This document shows positions 62,040-64,000 of a DNA stretch of 64,000 nt, piece after piece; within the stretch, counting starts at the first letter, position 1; every line of letters starts with the position of its first letter. A model generated the notes under the pieces. It saw nothing but the letters and a program-made list of their open reading frames with translations. It was not told where the DNA came from and searched no databases. Position numbers and translations under genes: made by a program. This stretch comes from Chthonomonadales bacterium (lineage in GTDB: Bacteria; Armatimonadota; Chthonomonadetes; Chthonomonadales; Chthonomonadaceae): assembly GCA_038231295.1 (NCBI GenBank), contig JBBRLP010000009.1:1-64000 (forward strand), given 5' to 3'.

Positions 62040-63521
62040 ATGAGGAAGAGACACTGGGGTCGCCTTGCGGCGCAATTCGTGCTGGCGGGCATTGGGGTTG
62101 CGGGAACGGCGGCGCGAGCCGAGGCGCCCGCGCCTCCCTATCCGTTCGCAATGTGTTCCAATGGCAACATCGGAACGAACCCGGAGTATGCGGCGAAGAT
62201 GCTGGATGCCGGGGCCAGAATGTGCCGGGCGGATGTGACGTTTGGTGATGTGCGCCCGAAGGAGGGGAACGACCCGAACGGCTGGAATTGGCAGCGCATC
62301 AACGCGCTGGTCGGGGTGCGGAAGGCGCATCCCACTCTGGATTTTCTGGTGCTGCTCGGCTACGGCGCGAAGTGGGCAGAGGATGCCCGCTATGCCGATG
62401 TCAAGAGCGGTGATTCGGCGGGCGGGCAACGCGGTATCGAGATCATGCCCGCCTGGAGTCCGGAAAACCTCTACGGACACTATGTCTACGAGACGGTTCG
62501 CCGCTACAAAGGCAGTTTTCACGCCTGGGAGAGCTGGAACGAGCCGGACTTGCCCGGTCACTCCTTTTTCAAGGGCGGCGGCAGGGAGTTCTTCTCCTAC
62601 CAGAAAGCCTGTTATCTGGCGGCGAAAAAGGCCGACCCGAACTGTACGGTCGTCTTTGCGGGTCTCTGCTTCGCGAATGTCGAGGGCTACCTGACCACGC
62701 ACAAACTCAGCCCGCCGACGCCCTATCCACCGCAGGAGTGCTTTTTCGAGGACTATCTGAAAGCCTGTGTTCAGGACCCCGATGCCCGTAAGAACCATTT
62801 CTATTTCGATGTCATGAACCAGCATACCTACAGCCGCGCCACCGACCTGTACGACTACACGATGGTGGACCGCAAACTGATGCGCGACTATCTGGGGGTG
62901 GAGAAGCCGATCTGGATCACGGAGATGGGTTTCGTGGACGCGAAGGGGCTGTTCGGAGGGGATGCGGACGACTACTGCGACTACCTGCTCCAGTCGTTCG
63001 CGTGGGGCAAACTGGCGAACGTGCAGCGATTCTTTCACTTCCAACTCGACAACTCCAACGGGCATGGCCTCTACTCCGGAATGCTTGGCCCCCCGAAACA
63101 GCCTCTGGCAACTTACCGCGATGTGCTGACAAAAGAGTTCGCCAATGCCCGCTTGCTTTCTCAGCAGCGTGGGAACGCAGGCGTCGGCTTCCTGCAGGGC
63201 CACTCTCCCTTCAAGCCCGACTGGAAGGCTGGCTACGACCTGTTTGCCTTCCAGAGCGGGTCGCGCCGCCTCTGGATGGCTTTCGCCGATACGGAGAAGG
63301 CCGTCGCCATCACGATTCCGGCCCGCCGCGCTCAGGCTATTCTGGTAGATCGGCACAACGTCCGCACACCTCTCGTCGCGCAGAACGGCGTCTATGCCCT
63401 CACCCTGCCCGGAGCCACCAACCGCACAGGCTGGCCGACCGCAGACGACCCGAAAGCAAAAGCGCTTGGCGAACCGGAGCATCTGGTCGGCGGCGCGACC
63501 TATGTGCTAATCGAGGAGTGA
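62040..63521 (+). CDS. Secreted clan GH-A (TIM-barrel) glycoside hydrolase-like protein
   Basis: The ORF is open from 61875. The start was chosen at the ATG at 62040 (MRKRHWGRLAAQFVLAGIGVAGTAARA, a signal peptide). The upstream part overlaps the MITE-like inverted repeat. A WESWNEPD motif (NEP catalytic acid/base of clan GH-A) is present. Confidence 0.55.
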   Translation: MRKRHWGRLAAQFVLAGIGVAGTAARAEAPAPPYPFAMCSNGNIGTNPEYAAKMLDAGARMCRADVTFGDVRPKEGNDPNGWNWQRINALVGVRKAHPTLDFLVLLGYGAKWAEDARYADVKSGDSAGGQRGIEIMPAWSPENLYGHYVYETVRRYKGSFHAWESWNEPDLPGHSFFKGGGREFFSYQKACYLAAKKADPNCTVVFAGLCFANVEGYLTTHKLSPPTPYPPQECFFEDYLKACVQDPDARKNHFYFDVMNQHTYSRATDLYDYTMVDRKLMRDYLGVEKPIWITEMGFVDAKGLFGGDADDYCDYLLQSFAWGKLANVQRFFHFQLDNSNGHGLYSGMLGPPKQPLATYRDVLTKEFANARLLSQQRGNAGVGFLQGHSPFKPDWKAGYDLFAFQSGSRRLWMAFADTEKAVAITIPARRAQAILVDRHNVRTPLVAQNGVYALTLPGATNRTGWPTADDPKAKALGEPEHLVGGATYVLIEE

Positions 63522-63530
63522 GGAGACGGA

Positions 63531-64000
63531 CGTGAACAGTGACAAATTGAGGATTGGGATTGCGGGCAAGCGGGGGCTGTCTTGCCTGTCGGGACTGCGG
63601 GCGGTGGCAGGCGTCGAGGTGACGGCGTTCTGCGAACTAAACCCGCAGGTGCTTCAGGAAGAGGCGACACGGCACGGCATTCCCCGACAGTTCACGCATT
63701 TTGAGGCGATGCTGGAGGTGGTGGATGCCGTGATTGTGGCGACTCCGATGCCGCTGCACGTCCCGCAGAGTGTGCTGGCCTTGCAGGCCGGGAAGCACGT
63801 TCTCTCGGAGGTGACGGCGGCGGTCTCGCTGGAGGAGTGCTGGCAGTTGCGGGAGGCGGTGCTGCGTTCCGGCAAGACCTATATGCTGGCGGAGAACTAC
63901 TGCTACTTTGAACCGAACGTGCTGATACGTGAGATGACGCGGCAGGGGCTGTTCGGGGAACCCTACTTCGGCGAGGGCGAGTATATTCACGAAGTCCGCG
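63531..64000 (+). CDS. Gfo/Idh/MocA-family NAD(P)-dependent oxidoreductase (5' partial, truncated by window end)
   Basis: Not in the supplied ORF track because the frame is open to the window end. A GTG at 63531 is preceded by GAGGAGA. The translation reads VNSDKLRIGIAGKRGLSCLSGLRAVAGVEVTAFCELNPQVLQEEATRHGIP...FEAMLEVVDAVIVATPMPLHVPQSVLALQAGKHVLSEV. This is the classic Rossmann N-terminal domain of this family. The listed minus ORF 63637..63990 is its antisense shadow. Confidence 0.7.

Noticed and set aside
63637-63990. Minus-strand 117-aa ORF at the window end
   Set aside because: It is the antisense shadow of the plus-strand Gfo/Idh/MocA oxidoreductase 5' fragment, which has a clear Rossmann-fold motif and RBS.

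Overview
High-GC (~62-65%) bacterial chromosomal window with 29 protein-coding genes (the last truncated at the window edge), 26 of them on the minus strand. No rRNA, tRNA or CRISPR array was detected.

Coding landscape:
- The many long plus-strand ORFs inside minus-strand genes are GC-driven antisense shadows with Arg/Gly/Asp-rich low-complexity translations.
- Housekeeping content: an NfeD(YqiJ)-flotillin(YqiK) pair, RtcB RNA ligase, rapZ-yvcK, glutamate formimidoyltransferase with an MsbA-like ABC exporter, and mltG-yqeG-aroE.
- Two accessory cassettes stand out.
 - Cassette 1 (6.9-21.4 kb): a 2,928-aa Ig-like-repeat giant adhesin, followed by a FadL/TodX/PorV-type outer-membrane beta-barrel, followed by a 1,366-aa secreted protein with a C-terminal clan-CD (caspase/CHAT-like) His-Cys peptidase domain. 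The arrangement is reminiscent of a cargo plus PorV/PorU-type attachment module outside Bacteroidota.
 - Cassette 2 (29.5-58.5 kb): a ~31-kb co-directional type IV filament locus, pilB-pilT-pilC-pilD. It continues with two DUF1559-like prepilins, then three giant prepilin-type proteins (661, 745 and 1,049 aa, the last GspK/PilX-like). It ends with two giant secreted beta-propeller proteins (1,692 and ~2,756 aa, PilY1-like?), a PrsA/SurA-like PPIase and a CXXCH DUF3365 protein. No secretin or PilMNOP genes lie in the window.

Non-coding structure:
- Near-perfect CRP/FNR-type sites (TGTGA-N6-TCACT), embedded in an identical 19-mer, lie upstream of pilB and of a secreted TPR protein gene.
- A nested double-palindrome sits between pilB and pilT.
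- Perfect GC-rich hairpins occupy most intercistronic gaps of both cassettes.
- A 276-bp MITE-like element with ~60-bp terminal inverted repeats lies between mltG and a glycoside hydrolase gene.
- The adhesin gene carries a 1.63-kb tandem duplication.

Taxonomy: DUF1559-type prepilins together with Bacillus-like gene orders (yqiJK, rapZ-yvcK, yqeG-aroE) in a diderm suggest an Armatimonadota/PVC-like lineage. This is inference only.
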